Assembly (NCBI RefSeq): GCF_000186885.1
Contig: NC_014972.1
Span: 540,001-572,000, forward strand
Length of the DNA stretch: 32,000 nt
Reading direction: 5' to 3'
Source: Desulfobulbus propionicus DSM 2032
GTDB lineage: Bacteria > Desulfobacterota > Desulfobulbia > Desulfobulbales > Desulfobulbaceae
Below, in pieces: positions 10,182-19,759 of the stretch. The number at the start of each line of letters is the position of its first letter. Positions within the stretch are counted from its first letter, which is position 1. The position numbers were made by a program, and so were the translations under genes. Under the pieces are notes generated by a model. It was not told the DNA's origin and did no database searches. It saw only the letters and a list, made by a program, of their open reading frames with translations.

Positions 10182-11311
10182 AGGCGCAACCTCAACCGAG
10201 CCCTTCGTTCATTGACTGCTTCGGCAAAAATTTCCATTGTTCGGATCGCGGCCTTGTTCCAGGAAAATCGTGCGGCATTCTCCTGGGCCTTGGCCGCTAG
10301 TGCTAGGCGCCGGGTGTCGTTGGTCAACAACTCGACAAGGCCATCGGCGATTGCTTGGGAATCGTGTGGGTTAACAAGTAGGCCTGCATCGCCTGCGACT
10401 TCCGGAAGTGAGGAGCAATCGGAAGTTAAAACAGGTACCCCATAGGACATTGCCTCGACAAGAGGCAGGCCAAATCCCTCGTAAAGGGAAGGCATGACGA
10501 GAAATTTCGCATTGGCATAAAGGGTTGCAAGCTGGGCATCATTAACATAACCGGTCACCAGGACATTTCGCTCCAGGTCATACTGCTGCAAAAGTGAAGA
10601 AATATTAACGCCGCCCCAACCCTTGCCGCCGGCAATGACGAGCAATGTTTCCGCGCGCAAATTTTCCGGAAGAGTAGCGAACGCTGCCAGAAGTCGATCT
10701 AGGTTTTTTCTCGGTTCCAGGGTGCCGACAAATAAAAAATACGGGCGATCAATGTCGAAAGTTTCAAGTGCTGCGAAGGTAGCTGGCCGAGCATGAAAGG
10801 TCCCCCCCAGATGTACGACCCGAACCTTATCCTTTGCATTGGGAAACTCAGCTGTTACCGCCTCTGCGGTGCTGTTCGAGTCAGCCATGATGCGGTCGGC
10901 CAAGCGGATAGCGTCCGGCATCAGACGCCCTTCCAACCATCGACTTAGTGGCCGCATGGTCTCACCGGCACATTTCCACACCAGGTCATGGATGGTGACC
11001 ACACGGGCCATGGAAGCGGGTAGGGCACGAGGTAATCTGTGGGTGGCGCCCCAGAAGACATCAACCTTGTCCTGAGCGGCCCAATAAGGCAATACCGTCT
11101 GAGACCAGAGCATTTTACCGATCCGACTTTCAAAGCGGCTGGAACGCAGAATCACATTGTCATTGTTCCAGTCCGAAGCAAGGGGAGGTTTCGGTGTATA
11201 CAGATAAAAGTTTCCTCCCAATTGCACCAACTCGCGGGTCAGCTCAGTTGTATAGCGGCCTATGCCGGTGACCGGCTCGGAAAGAAGTCGTGCATCGACG
11301 CCGATACGCAT
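10178..11311 (-). CDS. GT4-family glycosyltransferase (WbpY/WbdB-like N-terminus)
   Basis: 377 aa. N-terminus [25 protein letters not shown]-x7-E region YEGFGLPLVEAMSYGVPVLTSDCSSLPEV. The ATG overlaps the rmd stop by 1 nt (TAATG at 11311). Confidence 0.8.
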   Translation of the reverse strand: MRIGVDARLLSEPVTGIGRYTTELTRELVQLGGNFYLYTPKPPLASDWNNDNVILRSSRFESRIGKMLWSQTVLPYWAAQDKVDVFWGATHRLPRALPASMARVVTIHDLVWKCAGETMRPLSRWLEGRLMPDAIRLADRIMADSNSTAEAVTAEFPNAKDKVRVVHLGGTFHARPATFAALETFDIDRPYFLFVGTLEPRKNLDRLLAAFATLPENLRAETLLVIAGGKGWGGVNISSLLQQYDLERNVLVTGYVNDAQLATLYANAKFLVMPSLYEGFGLPLVEAMSYGVPVLTSDCSSLPEVAGDAGLLVNPHDSQAIADGLVELLTNDTRRLALAAKAQENAARFSWNKAAIRTMEIFAEAVNERRARLRLRL

Positions 11312-12231
11312 TAAGAAACCGGAGCCTCGTACATCCAGCGCAAAGTCTCCCGTAAAGGAATTGTCCTAATATCGCCTATGGTCCGTCGCAATTTGCCTGC
11401 ATCCCCCTGCAGGCGCTTCACCTCATTGGCGCGCACGAAGGCCGGGTTGACTCGCACCTCAATCTCGTAGCCGGCGATTTCGGCCATCATCGCCAGCACC
11501 TCCTTGAGCGCATACACCTGCCCCGAACAGACATTGAACATCTCGCCGGCGGGCGATTGCTTAAGGAGGGTCGCGTAGACCTGGGCAATGGTACGAACAT
11601 CGGAAAAATCGCGTTCGACACCGATATTGCCGAGTTCTATCACCCGTTCGCCACGCCGAAAATGGTTGACGATCTTGGGCAGCAGAAACTGGGGCGCTTG
11701 CCCAACTCCTGTGTAATTGAACGGCCGAGTGATGATGATCGGCAGCCGCTCCATCCACAAGCGCGCCATGTACTCCATGGCCAATTTGCTGACAGCATAA
11801 TCATTGGCTGGAGCGGGCGCAACCGACTCGTCTATCACCTCAACCGGGGCGTTGCCGTAAATATTGGCGCTGCTGGCGAGCAGGACGGCGTGAGGTTGTA
11901 TTTGTAGACCTGCCAGTGCCTCCAACAAGTTCCTTGTACCCAGGATATTGACCCGGTACATGGCTTCAACATCGCCATGAGCGACAAATGAAATTGCAGC
12001 GAGATGAGCGACAACATGCGGCCGCACATCTGCCACCATCTGGCGCACCTGCTCAAGGTTACACAAATCGACGGCGAACAGTCCGCTTTCGGTCGACAAG
12101 AAGTCGTGATGGCAGGTACCGACGACTTGGTAACCATCGCGGCGCAGTGCCTCGGCCAGGTAGTGCCCGGTAAAACCGGTCATGCCGGTGATCAGGGCAC
12201 AGGGTTTGTCAGAATGAAAATCCGCGTTCAT
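11311..12231 (-). CDS. rmd: GDP-4-dehydro-6-deoxy-D-mannose reductase (Rmd-type; product stereochemistry not decidable)
   Basis: 306-aa short-chain dehydrogenase/epimerase fold with [12 protein letters not shown] and YAVSKLAME (YxxxK). It sits immediately downstream of gmd, overlapping it by 23 nt. Size and context fit Rmd, and it lacks the GDP-fucose synthase N-terminus. Confidence 0.7.
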   Translation of the reverse strand: MNADFHSDKPCALITGMTGFTGHYLAEALRRDGYQVVGTCHHDFLSTESGLFAVDLCNLEQVRQMVADVRPHVVAHLAAISFVAHGDVEAMYRVNILGTRNLLEALAGLQIQPHAVLLASSANIYGNAPVEVIDESVAPAPANDYAVSKLAMEYMARLWMERLPIIITRPFNYTGVGQAPQFLLPKIVNHFRRGERVIELGNIGVERDFSDVRTIAQVYATLLKQSPAGEMFNVCSGQVYALKEVLAMMAEIAGYEIEVRVNPAFVRANEVKRLQGDAGKLRRTIGDIRTIPLRETLRWMYEAPVS

Positions 12232-13243
12232 TGCGATTCAGATCCGCCTCGACCATCATGGCGCAGAGCTGCTCCAAGGTTGTTTTGGGTGCCCAGCCTA
12301 ATGCACGTTTGGCCTTGGACGCATCGCCAATGAGCAGTTCCACCTCAGCGGGGCGATAAAAGGCAGGATTAACACGGACGATTACCTTGTTGGTCGCGGT
12401 CGCAACCGCCACCTCATCCTGACCCTCACCCTGCCAAAAGATGTCGATCTCAGCAGCCTTACAGGCCATGCTGACGAAATCGCGCACTGTTTCGGTCCGG
12501 CCCGTGGCAAGAACATAGGTATCCGGTGTATCGGCTTGCAGCATCCGCCACATGCCTTCAACGTACTCCTTGGCATAGCCCCAGTCGCGCTTGGCACTCA
12601 GGTTGCCCAGTTCCAACACGTCGAGCTTCCCCAGCTTGATTTTGGCAATGCTGTCGGTGATTTTGCGGGTGACGAATTCACGACCGCGCAACGGCGATTC
12701 GTGATTGAAGAGAATGCCGCTCGCCCCGAATATACCGTAGGACTCACGATAATTAACCGTGATCCAATGTGCGTAGAGTTTGGCCACACCGTAAGGACTA
12801 CGGGGGTGGAAGGGGGTGGTTTCCCGTTGTGGCACTTCCTGGACCAATCCGAACAACTCAGACGTGGAGGCCTGATAATAACGGATTTTTGGGTCGACAA
12901 TGCGAATGGCCTCAAGGAGATGCAAGGCCCCCAGCCCGGTGATCATGGCTGTGGCGATGGGCTGATCAAACGAGACCCCCACAAAGCTCTGCGCCGCCAG
13001 ATTATAGATTTCATCCGGCCGGACCTGGCCAATGAGACGAATGTTGGCGGACTGATCGGTCAGGTCGTACTCCAACAGATGCATGTTTGGATGATTACTA
13101 ATACCTAACTCATCCATGCGCCAGAAATTAACGGAACTGGACCGTCGGTAGGTGCCATAGACTGTGTACCCTTTTTCCAAAAGGAGTTGGGCCAGATACG
13201 GGCCGTCCTGACCAGTGATGCCGGTGATAAGTGCTATTTTCAT
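12209..13243 (-). CDS. gmd: GDP-mannose 4,6-dehydratase
   Basis: 344 aa with [43 protein letters not shown] and [10 protein letters not shown]. Confidence 0.92.
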   Translation of the reverse strand: MKIALITGITGQDGPYLAQLLLEKGYTVYGTYRRSSSVNFWRMDELGISNHPNMHLLEYDLTDQSANIRLIGQVRPDEIYNLAAQSFVGVSFDQPIATAMITGLGALHLLEAIRIVDPKIRYYQASTSELFGLVQEVPQRETTPFHPRSPYGVAKLYAHWITVNYRESYGIFGASGILFNHESPLRGREFVTRKITDSIAKIKLGKLDVLELGNLSAKRDWGYAKEYVEGMWRMLQADTPDTYVLATGRTETVRDFVSMACKAAEIDIFWQGEGQDEVAVATATNKVIVRVNPAFYRPAEVELLIGDASKAKRALGWAPKTTLEQLCAMMVEADLNRNERGFSF

Positions 13244-13266
13244 GTTTAAATTATTTAATTATACGG

Positions 13267-14760
13267 TTAGTCATTGATTAGATTTGATGAATATTTTCTA
13301 TAATAATGTTCGTAAATTATCCTGTCAAATACTGTTAATTTCTTTAATAATTCTTCTGCTTCTTCAGAAACAGGTTGTTTTTCGACAAATTCCATATTGG
13401 GTTGTTCGGCGAACTTAGTAGAATCCCTAGATCGAGGAATCATCGCTGGCACGGGTAAATCTAACTTGTTTAATACATGGGTAATTCCGTAATCTGGATT
13501 TTCCAGAACACCTACCACCACCATGGCTTCAAGGTTCCTGAGCGCTCGTTGAACAACCTCGTCAGACGGATAAAGAAAGCCTCGATCTGGGCCAATATAA
13601 ACAGGGCCAATAAGATTCCTAACGAGTGCATTATCAATGTTTCCTACAATTCCAGGATCCTCAGAGGCAAGAAAATCAACAAGATCAAGCGTCTTTGCTA
13701 ATCTTGGCCCCCCTAGATTTTTTTCTTCGATCACTTTCCAGGTATGAGAGCGCCAGAAATGATAGAGCGAAAGTATTCTTGCTTTTGGTTCACGTAGGAT
13801 TGTGAAAATTTTCTTTTTTCCGGGTATGTTGCTGACGCTTTCCCAGTCATAATGTCCTGAGAAAAAGAAGTATTGATTCAGATAATTATGATCGAAAAAT
13901 TTTAGAGTATTATAGCGCTCCGGACAAATCAATTCAGGGTGAACCAAGTTTGTCAAAATATCATGTAAACTTGTACCACCTGTTTTGGGAATATGCATGA
14001 AGACAAGTTTTTCGGGCAAATGCGAGCTGTCAGGATGTTCTGAAACAGTACCTTCTGGGGTTACTATTAGTCCAGGTTTATTAAAGTAATTAAAAAGTTT
14101 TTTATCTTCATCATTAAGGCTATTGATTTTATCAATGAGAGATTCGTCATTGAAAAGTTCGTCTATCTTGTCAGATTGATTGTAGTTTCTAATTAAAGAA
14201 AAATTATACAAGAAATTTCCATCGATATCGCTAAAAAGACGATTGAACAACGTTTGAACATTATCCTCAGATGCAACATAAAAGTTATTATTGTTTATAT
14301 TGTCTAGAGCGGTTTGAAAATTTCCTTTGTGTTGTAAATCGATAGAGAGGCCAGATAAAAATTTTACCTGCAAATTATTGATTTGAGAGCGAAAAATAGG
14401 ATTATTCTCAATAAGAGATTGCATCGATTGTTTCTTCGCATCTATATGTAAATGATGAGAATTGGTATTTTGTATATATCTATATAAATTTATTGCACGA
14501 ATAATAGGGTCGGTGATAATAGATACATAAATTTTCCCCTTTTTTATTCCTGTGGTCAAGGAGTAGGAAAAATGCCCACCAATAACATTAGCGTATTGAA
14601 ACTTTTGATCGTCCCATTTTATGAGATCATCCCGTGTGAAATCTTCTCCAAGCCATAAAACGCTTCCTGTGCAATTTCCTCTAAAATAATTTTTCGCTGA
14701 AGCGCCTAACACCATTGGGATGTGCAAAAAAACTATGAGGTCGTGGTCAGTCATGTTCAT
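13267..14760 (-). CDS. Tandem-domain sulfotransferase-like protein (Sulfotransfer_2-like; N-terminal domain has a degenerate PAPS loop)
   Basis: 497 aa in very AT-rich DNA. The C-terminal half has an intact FMHIPKTGGTSLHDIL loop plus ILREPKARILSLYHFW. The N-terminal half repeats the same layout with a degenerate loop (FLHIPMVLGASAKNYF, IITDPIIRAINLYRYI). No signal peptide. Confidence 0.6.
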   Translation of the reverse strand: MNMTDHDLIVFLHIPMVLGASAKNYFRGNCTGSVLWLGEDFTRDDLIKWDDQKFQYANVIGGHFSYSLTTGIKKGKIYVSIITDPIIRAINLYRYIQNTNSHHLHIDAKKQSMQSLIENNPIFRSQINNLQVKFLSGLSIDLQHKGNFQTALDNINNNNFYVASEDNVQTLFNRLFSDIDGNFLYNFSLIRNYNQSDKIDELFNDESLIDKINSLNDEDKKLFNYFNKPGLIVTPEGTVSEHPDSSHLPEKLVFMHIPKTGGTSLHDILTNLVHPELICPERYNTLKFFDHNYLNQYFFFSGHYDWESVSNIPGKKKIFTILREPKARILSLYHFWRSHTWKVIEEKNLGGPRLAKTLDLVDFLASEDPGIVGNIDNALVRNLIGPVYIGPDRGFLYPSDEVVQRALRNLEAMVVVGVLENPDYGITHVLNKLDLPVPAMIPRSRDSTKFAEQPNMEFVEKQPVSEEAEELLKKLTVFDRIIYEHYYRKYSSNLIND

Positions 14761-14816
14761 AACAATTTAATCGATCCTATCTGATTTGATAATTTTGTTG
14801 AAGAGTATTAACTAAT

Positions 14817-15139
14817 GGGAATCTTGAAACTTAGCTCGGCAAGGCCCGGCTGCACTCACCGACAATTTTTTTCACAAAGACCATGCTCTTCTGGCATTTG
14901 AGCCGATCGGCTTGCGCAACCTGGTGTACAACATTGACCGAATGGGGATGCTTCTGGCTGCAAGCAGGTGAAGTGTGCCCGGAGTGCGGCAAACTGGCAA
15001 AAGACCGCCATCGAGCACAGAGCGAGGCACCGCCAAGGTGCAAAACCGATCGGATTAAAAGCCAGAAGAGCATGGTCTTTGTGAATAAAATTGCCGGTGA
15101 ATGGTGCCGGGGCTTGCTAAACTAAATTTCAAGATTCCC
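14817..15139. mobile_element. MITE-like non-autonomous derivative of the IS5-family element at 18443-19759
   Basis: 14905-15139 matches the last 235 bp of the IS (19525-19759) with only 4 mismatches by my alignment. 14817-14895 is an imperfect (~87%) inverted copy of 15061-15139, giving ~80-bp terminal inverted repeats (GGGAATCTTGAAA...TTTCAAGATTCCC). It has no transposase ORF and I found no clean target duplication. Confidence 0.7.
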
Positions 15140-15777
15140 TTAACTTGTTGAAGTGATTGCATGATGGCGTTCACGTTGTTTTCAGTGGCCATGAACCGTA
15201 CTCACCCTTGGGCGCCCAGGTAGTGCCAGAATGATAATCGGAGCGGACCGACGCCTCGTTCATCAAAGAAGATGTCGGCGCCTGCCTCAAGGGCCATTTT
15301 CTTGATCCTGGGGAAGTCTTTGGCCATCCAGTCGACAACAAGAGGTTGATTTTGCTGAAACGCTCTCCGGACTGGACGTTGAGGACTCAGACCAAGCCTG
15401 TGCAGCAAGCGTCCTACCGAGACATCGCTCAAGCGAACAGCAAACTCGTGCCGGATCAATTCCCGCACCACGCTTCTGGTCCAAAGCGCAAAGGGAAATT
15501 TCAACTGCCGTGGGTTTCTGCCGACAACCAAACTGTAAATCTTGTGCAATGCTGTGCCGGGAAGCTTGGGCGGACGGCCGCTGGCCTTGCTGCTCCGCAG
15601 CGCTTCGATTCCTCTTTCCCTGTACTTTGCGATCCATTCATAAATACGAGAACGGGTCAACCCAAGCGCCTTAATGACAGCTTCGGGACTTTCCCCTGCT
15701 TCAACTCGCTTCACGGCACGTATGCGAATTGCTTCAAGTGCCTTGCGATTTATTTTACGCCCATCGAATTCGTTCAT
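15140..15777 (-). pseudogene. IS630-family transposase, frameshifted and 3'-truncated
   Basis: N-terminal HTH regions are present (AVKRVEAGESPEAVIKALGLTRSRIYEWIAKYRERG; LWTRSVVRELI). The first DDE Asp region ADIFFDE is followed by a frame break. The expected continuation DYHSGTTWAPKGE is encoded in another frame at 15201-15239, and the sequence ends against the MITE at 15139. That leaves ~190 of an expected ~340 aa. Confidence 0.7.
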
Positions 15778-15829
15778 GGGCTGAGTACACCAGATGTTCG
15801 CTAATTTATGAACTGATCAACAAGATGCG

Positions 15830-17302
15830 TCACTGCCGAGAAATCGAAAAGTTATTGCAAAATACGCCTAATTCTCTTGAATCGTTCCCTGTTCCTAGGG
15901 AAACAGGAGAGCTAGGGAAGTTGGTTTGCACCAAAACTTGATTTTCTCTTTGTTTTAGTATAGATTGAGGAATTTTAATGTTTATGTTTAACGGTAAAGA
16001 AACATTTTTAAGATCAATATCATGGAAAATATTGTTATTGACAAATATTTTTACTCGATTTGCCGTTTTTGATTTTCTTAAAATTTGGAAAGACAATAAA
16101 TGTTCAATAGAGCCATCATTTAAAAAGTGAATAGTTGAATTTGCTTTTGACCATCGCCCATTTAAAGATTTTTCATGACCATACCATTCCGAAAAACTAA
16201 CATCATCAATACATGAAATTATTGATGATATATCTTTTACAATACGGTTATTCACTAATGCTGGATAGGTATATGTTAAAATTACCAAATCTGTTTTTTT
16301 GAGTATAGAAAACAACTCGTCACGAGATGGCAACCAATTACCGCGGCCGATAAGTTTTGTGTCCGTAGAAAAACCTGAACGAAGAATATTCGGTCTTAAT
16401 TGATCGGAAAAGCTATCCCCAAGAATAAGTGCGTTGATCGATTTCTGAAATTCGGTAGGTTTAAAATCGGCAATATTCCATGATGTTCTCCCTTTGTTAT
16501 ATCGAGGGTAAATATTTAAAAGGGATGCAATATCTCTCTCGGCATAATTAGATTGCATTGTTTTTTTTACATTACAAATAGTCACTATTGGAAATTTTTC
16601 CTTGTTTTTTGCGTTTAAAATTTCTGTCGCTTTGGTTAAAATTATAGCAGAACAATGCATTGTCCAATGAATTCCACTATCCGGGAAGGCGTCTTTCGTT
16701 AAATTCAGTTGTTGAATTTCTTTTAATGAATTTATATAGTGTATATTTTCTTTATGAAGTAATTTTTCTATTTTTGGATAGATAGATGTTGATGGTTGTA
16801 AATGATTTTGCCTGTATTTCCACAGTATAGGTATAGCATCCTCACGGCAATCTGCCTTGCTTGGGGCCATGATGAAAAAGAATTCTATGCCCATTTCATT
16901 TAATTTATTACGAAATTTAGAAAGTGATGTCACGATGTCTTTAGCTATTAAATGATGATCGACATCATCCATTTTTGAGAATTTTGATAAAATGTACCCT
17001 TTCTCAAAAAGTACCCCTTTTCTTCCTTGTAAAATGTTTCCTGAGTGACCAGAATGGAATTGTCCAAAATTTAATAATTCATATATTGTATTTTTTGCGA
17101 TAAGAAAAGTGTTCCGTGAGCCAAAATTACTTGTATACCACTTTTCAATATTTTTTTGATACGTTGTTTTGAAAAAAAAATCGAATGTAAAACTTGGAAA
17201 AATATGTTTTGTTTCTACTCCTGTAATTTCAGGTTGAGGTAATTTAAACCATGGAATTATTAAGGTTGCAACTATAGCACATATAAAAATTTTTTTTTTC
17301 AT
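15830..17302 (-). CDS. AlgX/AlgJ-like polysaccharide O-acetyltransferase partner (SGNH-like N-domain plus beta-rich C-terminal domain)
   Basis: 490 aa with an N-terminal signal/anchor (MKKKIFICAIVATLIIPW). It has the three AlgJ/AlgX-type motifs in order: GRKGVLFEKGY, FFIMAPSKAD and FPDSGIHWTMH. The C-terminal ~150 aa look like a CBM-type sandwich (WYGHEKSLNGRWSKANSTIHF). The start lies 2 nt downstream of the MBOAT stop. The 3' end abuts the IS630 remnant, so the native C-terminus is uncertain. Confidence 0.55.
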   Translation of the reverse strand: MKKKIFICAIVATLIIPWFKLPQPEITGVETKHIFPSFTFDFFFKTTYQKNIEKWYTSNFGSRNTFLIAKNTIYELLNFGQFHSGHSGNILQGRKGVLFEKGYILSKFSKMDDVDHHLIAKDIVTSLSKFRNKLNEMGIEFFFIMAPSKADCREDAIPILWKYRQNHLQPSTSIYPKIEKLLHKENIHYINSLKEIQQLNLTKDAFPDSGIHWTMHCSAIILTKATEILNAKNKEKFPIVTICNVKKTMQSNYAERDIASLLNIYPRYNKGRTSWNIADFKPTEFQKSINALILGDSFSDQLRPNILRSGFSTDTKLIGRGNWLPSRDELFSILKKTDLVILTYTYPALVNNRIVKDISSIISCIDDVSFSEWYGHEKSLNGRWSKANSTIHFLNDGSIEHLLSFQILRKSKTANRVKIFVNNNIFHDIDLKNVSLPLNINIKIPQSILKQRENQVLVQTNFPSSPVSLGTGNDSRELGVFCNNFSISRQ

Positions 17303-17303
17303 T

Positions 17304-18442
17304 TCAAAACCTAAAGTATATAAAAGGGCTAAAAGAATTTGTCATTGCAAATAGAAAAGATGCGATAAATACTAAAAATATAGTTAATATTCCTGTATTT
17401 TTTTTCATGAGGCAGTTGTGTGAGAATCTTTGAATAGGGTAAGCAAAAATGCATCCTGTAACTAGTAGCAACATGTTGCTAAATGTCAGGCAGTCTGTCC
17501 ATAGTGGCATGAAGGAATAAATATCGTAAGATTGATTGCCTAAAAACATGTTTTTGAGATAGATCATAGCGTACGGTAAATCTGGAGAGCGAAAGAAAAC
17601 CCACCCAATGATGACAAAAATCAATACATAGCCGTTTGCAATAGGCTTTGGGCATTTTTGCAAGAAATGGATAAAGGTTGTTTTTTCAATGATCAATCCT
17701 AACCCGTGCCAAAGTCCCCATGCGACAAAATTCCATGAAGCCCCATGCCAAAGTCCACAAAGAAAAAAAACGATTAATTGGTTTACATAAGTACGCGTTC
17801 TAGAAATCTTATTTCCTCCGAGAGGAATGTATAGATAATCTTTTAGCCATGAAGATAATGAAATGTGCCATCTTTGCCAAAAATCACTGATTGAGCAAGA
17901 ACCATAAGGAAATTTAAAATTCTCCAAAAAGTGAAAATTAAATATAAGCCCTAATCCAATGGCCATATCAGAATAGGCAGAAAAATCGTAGTATATTTGT
18001 AATGCATACGCAACACTTCCCATCCATGCTGCCGCTGTTGGAATTTGTTCAGGTTGTGATATAAAAATTTTATCTGCTATTGCTCCCATTGTATCAGCTA
18101 TTAAAATTTTTTTTGCAAGTCCAATGCAAAAACGAACAATTCCTTCATAAACATTAGCGAGTATGAGATTGCGATTATTTAGTTGTTGAAAAATATCACT
18201 GTATCGAACAATTGGTCCAGCAATAAGTTGTGGAAACAGAGATATATAAAGAACAAATTTTTTTAAATTGTACTGAGGATTTACCGTTTCGCGGTATACA
18301 TCGATTGTATATGACATGGCCTGGAAACAGTAAAATGAAATACCAATAGGAAGAGCTATGTTGGCGAGTGGAATATTTGTAAAATAAAAGATACTTAAAA
18401 TATTATTTATGTTTGTTATGGCGAAGTCTAAATATTTATAAA
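17304..18442 (-). pseudogene. MBOAT-family (AlgI/DltB/PatA-like) O-acyltransferase, C-terminal ~378 codons, separated from its 5' end by an IS
   Basis: Motifs PIGISFYCFQAMSYTIDVYR, FWQRWHISLSSWLKDYLYIPLGGN and CGLWHGASWNFVAWGLWHG (MBOAT His motifs). The first 13 codons of the tracked ORF (TTG start at 18479) are read out of IS sequence. Confidence 0.8.
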
Positions 18443-19759
18443 GGGTTTCTTGAAAATTAAATGCAGTAGCCTGCGACAAGTTTAACTATCAAATTGTTGA
18501 TTTTGTGTAAATATGTTACATTCTTCATCGTTTTAAGGCCGCATCCGCCAACCATCACCCGATGGAGATCAGCCATGATCCAGCCCGGCTTTTTTGATTT
18601 GCAGGACCGATTGCACAAAATCGACAAGAACGGCGACCCACTTGCCAAGATCAACGAGACGGTCAACTGGGAGATGTTTCGTCCTGCGCTCGAAAAGGCC
18701 AGGGACAAGGGCCGGCAGTCTACGGTCGGGCCGAAGGGGTACGACGTCATCCTGCTGTTTAAGATTCTCATCCTGCAGTCGTTGTACAATCTGTCGGATG
18801 ACGCGACCGAGTTTCAGATTCTCGACCGGCACTCCTTTGGGCGCTTTCTTGGTCTGCACATCAGCCAGAAGGTTCCCGATGCCACCACCATCTGGCGTTT
18901 TCGGGAAGACCTCGTCAAGGCCGGCATTGTAGAGGAACTGTTTGCGACCTTCGATGCGCATCTCCGGGACAACGGCTTCATGGCGATGAAAGGGCAGATC
19001 GTGGATGCCAGCATTGTCAGCGTGCCCAAACAGCGGAACAGCCGGGAGGAAAATGCCCGGATCAAAGAGGGCGACATCCCGGAGAACTGGTCCGAGAACA
19101 AGCGGCGTAGAAAAGACGCGGACGCGCGCTGGACCAAGAAGAACGGCAAGTCTTATTACGGCTACAAGAACCACATCTCGGTGGATGTGAAGCACAAGTT
19201 GATTCGCAGCTATGCCGTGACCGATGCGGCCCTGCACGACAGCAACGTGTTCGAGCAACTCCTTGCCGACAATACGAGCAAGGACGTCTGGGCGGATTCG
19301 GCCTATCGATCCGCGGATCGATTGGAGCGCCTCGGCCAGGATGGTTTTCGTGAACACATCCAACGCAAGGGGAGCCGCAATCGTCCCTTGACGCCCAGAG
19401 AACAGGAGGGCAACCGAACCAGATCCAAGGTCCGTTCGCGAATCGAGCATGTCTTTGGTGTACAGGCGCAGCGAGCGGGGAATGTACTGTTGCGCACGAT
19501 CGGCATAGCCCGAGCCCGAGCAAAGATCGGCTTGCGCAACTTGGTGTATAACATTGACCGAATGGGGATGCTTCTGGCTGCAAGCAGGTGAAGTGTGCCC
19601 GGAGTGCGGCAAACTGGCAAAAGACCGCCATCGAGCACAGAGCGAGGCACCGCCAAGGTGCAAAACCGATCGGATTAAAAGCCAGAAGAGCATGGTCTTT
19701 GTGAATAAAATTGTCGGTGAATGGTGCCGGGGCTTGCTAAGCTAAATTTCAAGATTCCC
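18443..19759 (+). mobile_element. IS5-family insertion sequence (1317 bp) inserted in the MBOAT gene
   Basis: Imperfect terminal inverted repeats match at 14 of 17 positions: GGGTTTCTTGAAAATTA (18443-18459) against the reverse complement of TAAATTTCAAGATTCCC (19743-19759). A 4-bp direct repeat TAAA lies at 18439-18442 and 19760-19763. Deleting the IS plus one TAAA fuses the flanks in frame (...NLVTLFI-YKYLDFAITN...). Confidence 0.85.
18575..19591 (+). CDS. IS5-family DDE transposase
   Basis: 338 aa from the ATG at 18575 (MIQPGFFDLQDRL...). It has IS5/InsH-like blocks: LQSLYNLSDDATEFQILDRHSFGRFLGL, VPDATTIWRFRE, GQIVDASIVSVP, YGYKNHISVD, ADSAYRS and SRIEHVFG. The ORF-track start at 18494 reads in from the IS end. 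Confidence 0.9.
   Translation: MIQPGFFDLQDRLHKIDKNGDPLAKINETVNWEMFRPALEKARDKGRQSTVGPKGYDVILLFKILILQSLYNLSDDATEFQILDRHSFGRFLGLHISQKVPDATTIWRFREDLVKAGIVEELFATFDAHLRDNGFMAMKGQIVDASIVSVPKQRNSREENARIKEGDIPENWSENKRRRKDADARWTKKNGKSYYGYKNHISVDVKHKLIRSYAVTDAALHDSNVFEQLLADNTSKDVWADSAYRSADRLERLGQDGFREHIQRKGSRNRPLTPREQEGNRTRSKVRSRIEHVFGVQAQRAGNVLLRTIGIARARAKIGLRNLVYNIDRMGMLLAASR

Noticed and set aside
14831..15125. Two mirror-image 80-aa ORFs inside the MITE (14831-15073 on - and 14883-15125 on +), plus the related 63-aa ORF at 19554-19745.
   Set aside because: Their similarity to one another is a by-product of the ~80-bp inverted arms. They lack ribosome-binding context and any recognisable motif. The sequence is better explained as IS terminal DNA.
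18569..19693. A 374-aa ORF antisense to the IS5-family transposase.
   Set aside because: It is a shadow ORF with a low-complexity R/G/P-rich translation. The + strand ORF carries the full set of IS5 transposase blocks.
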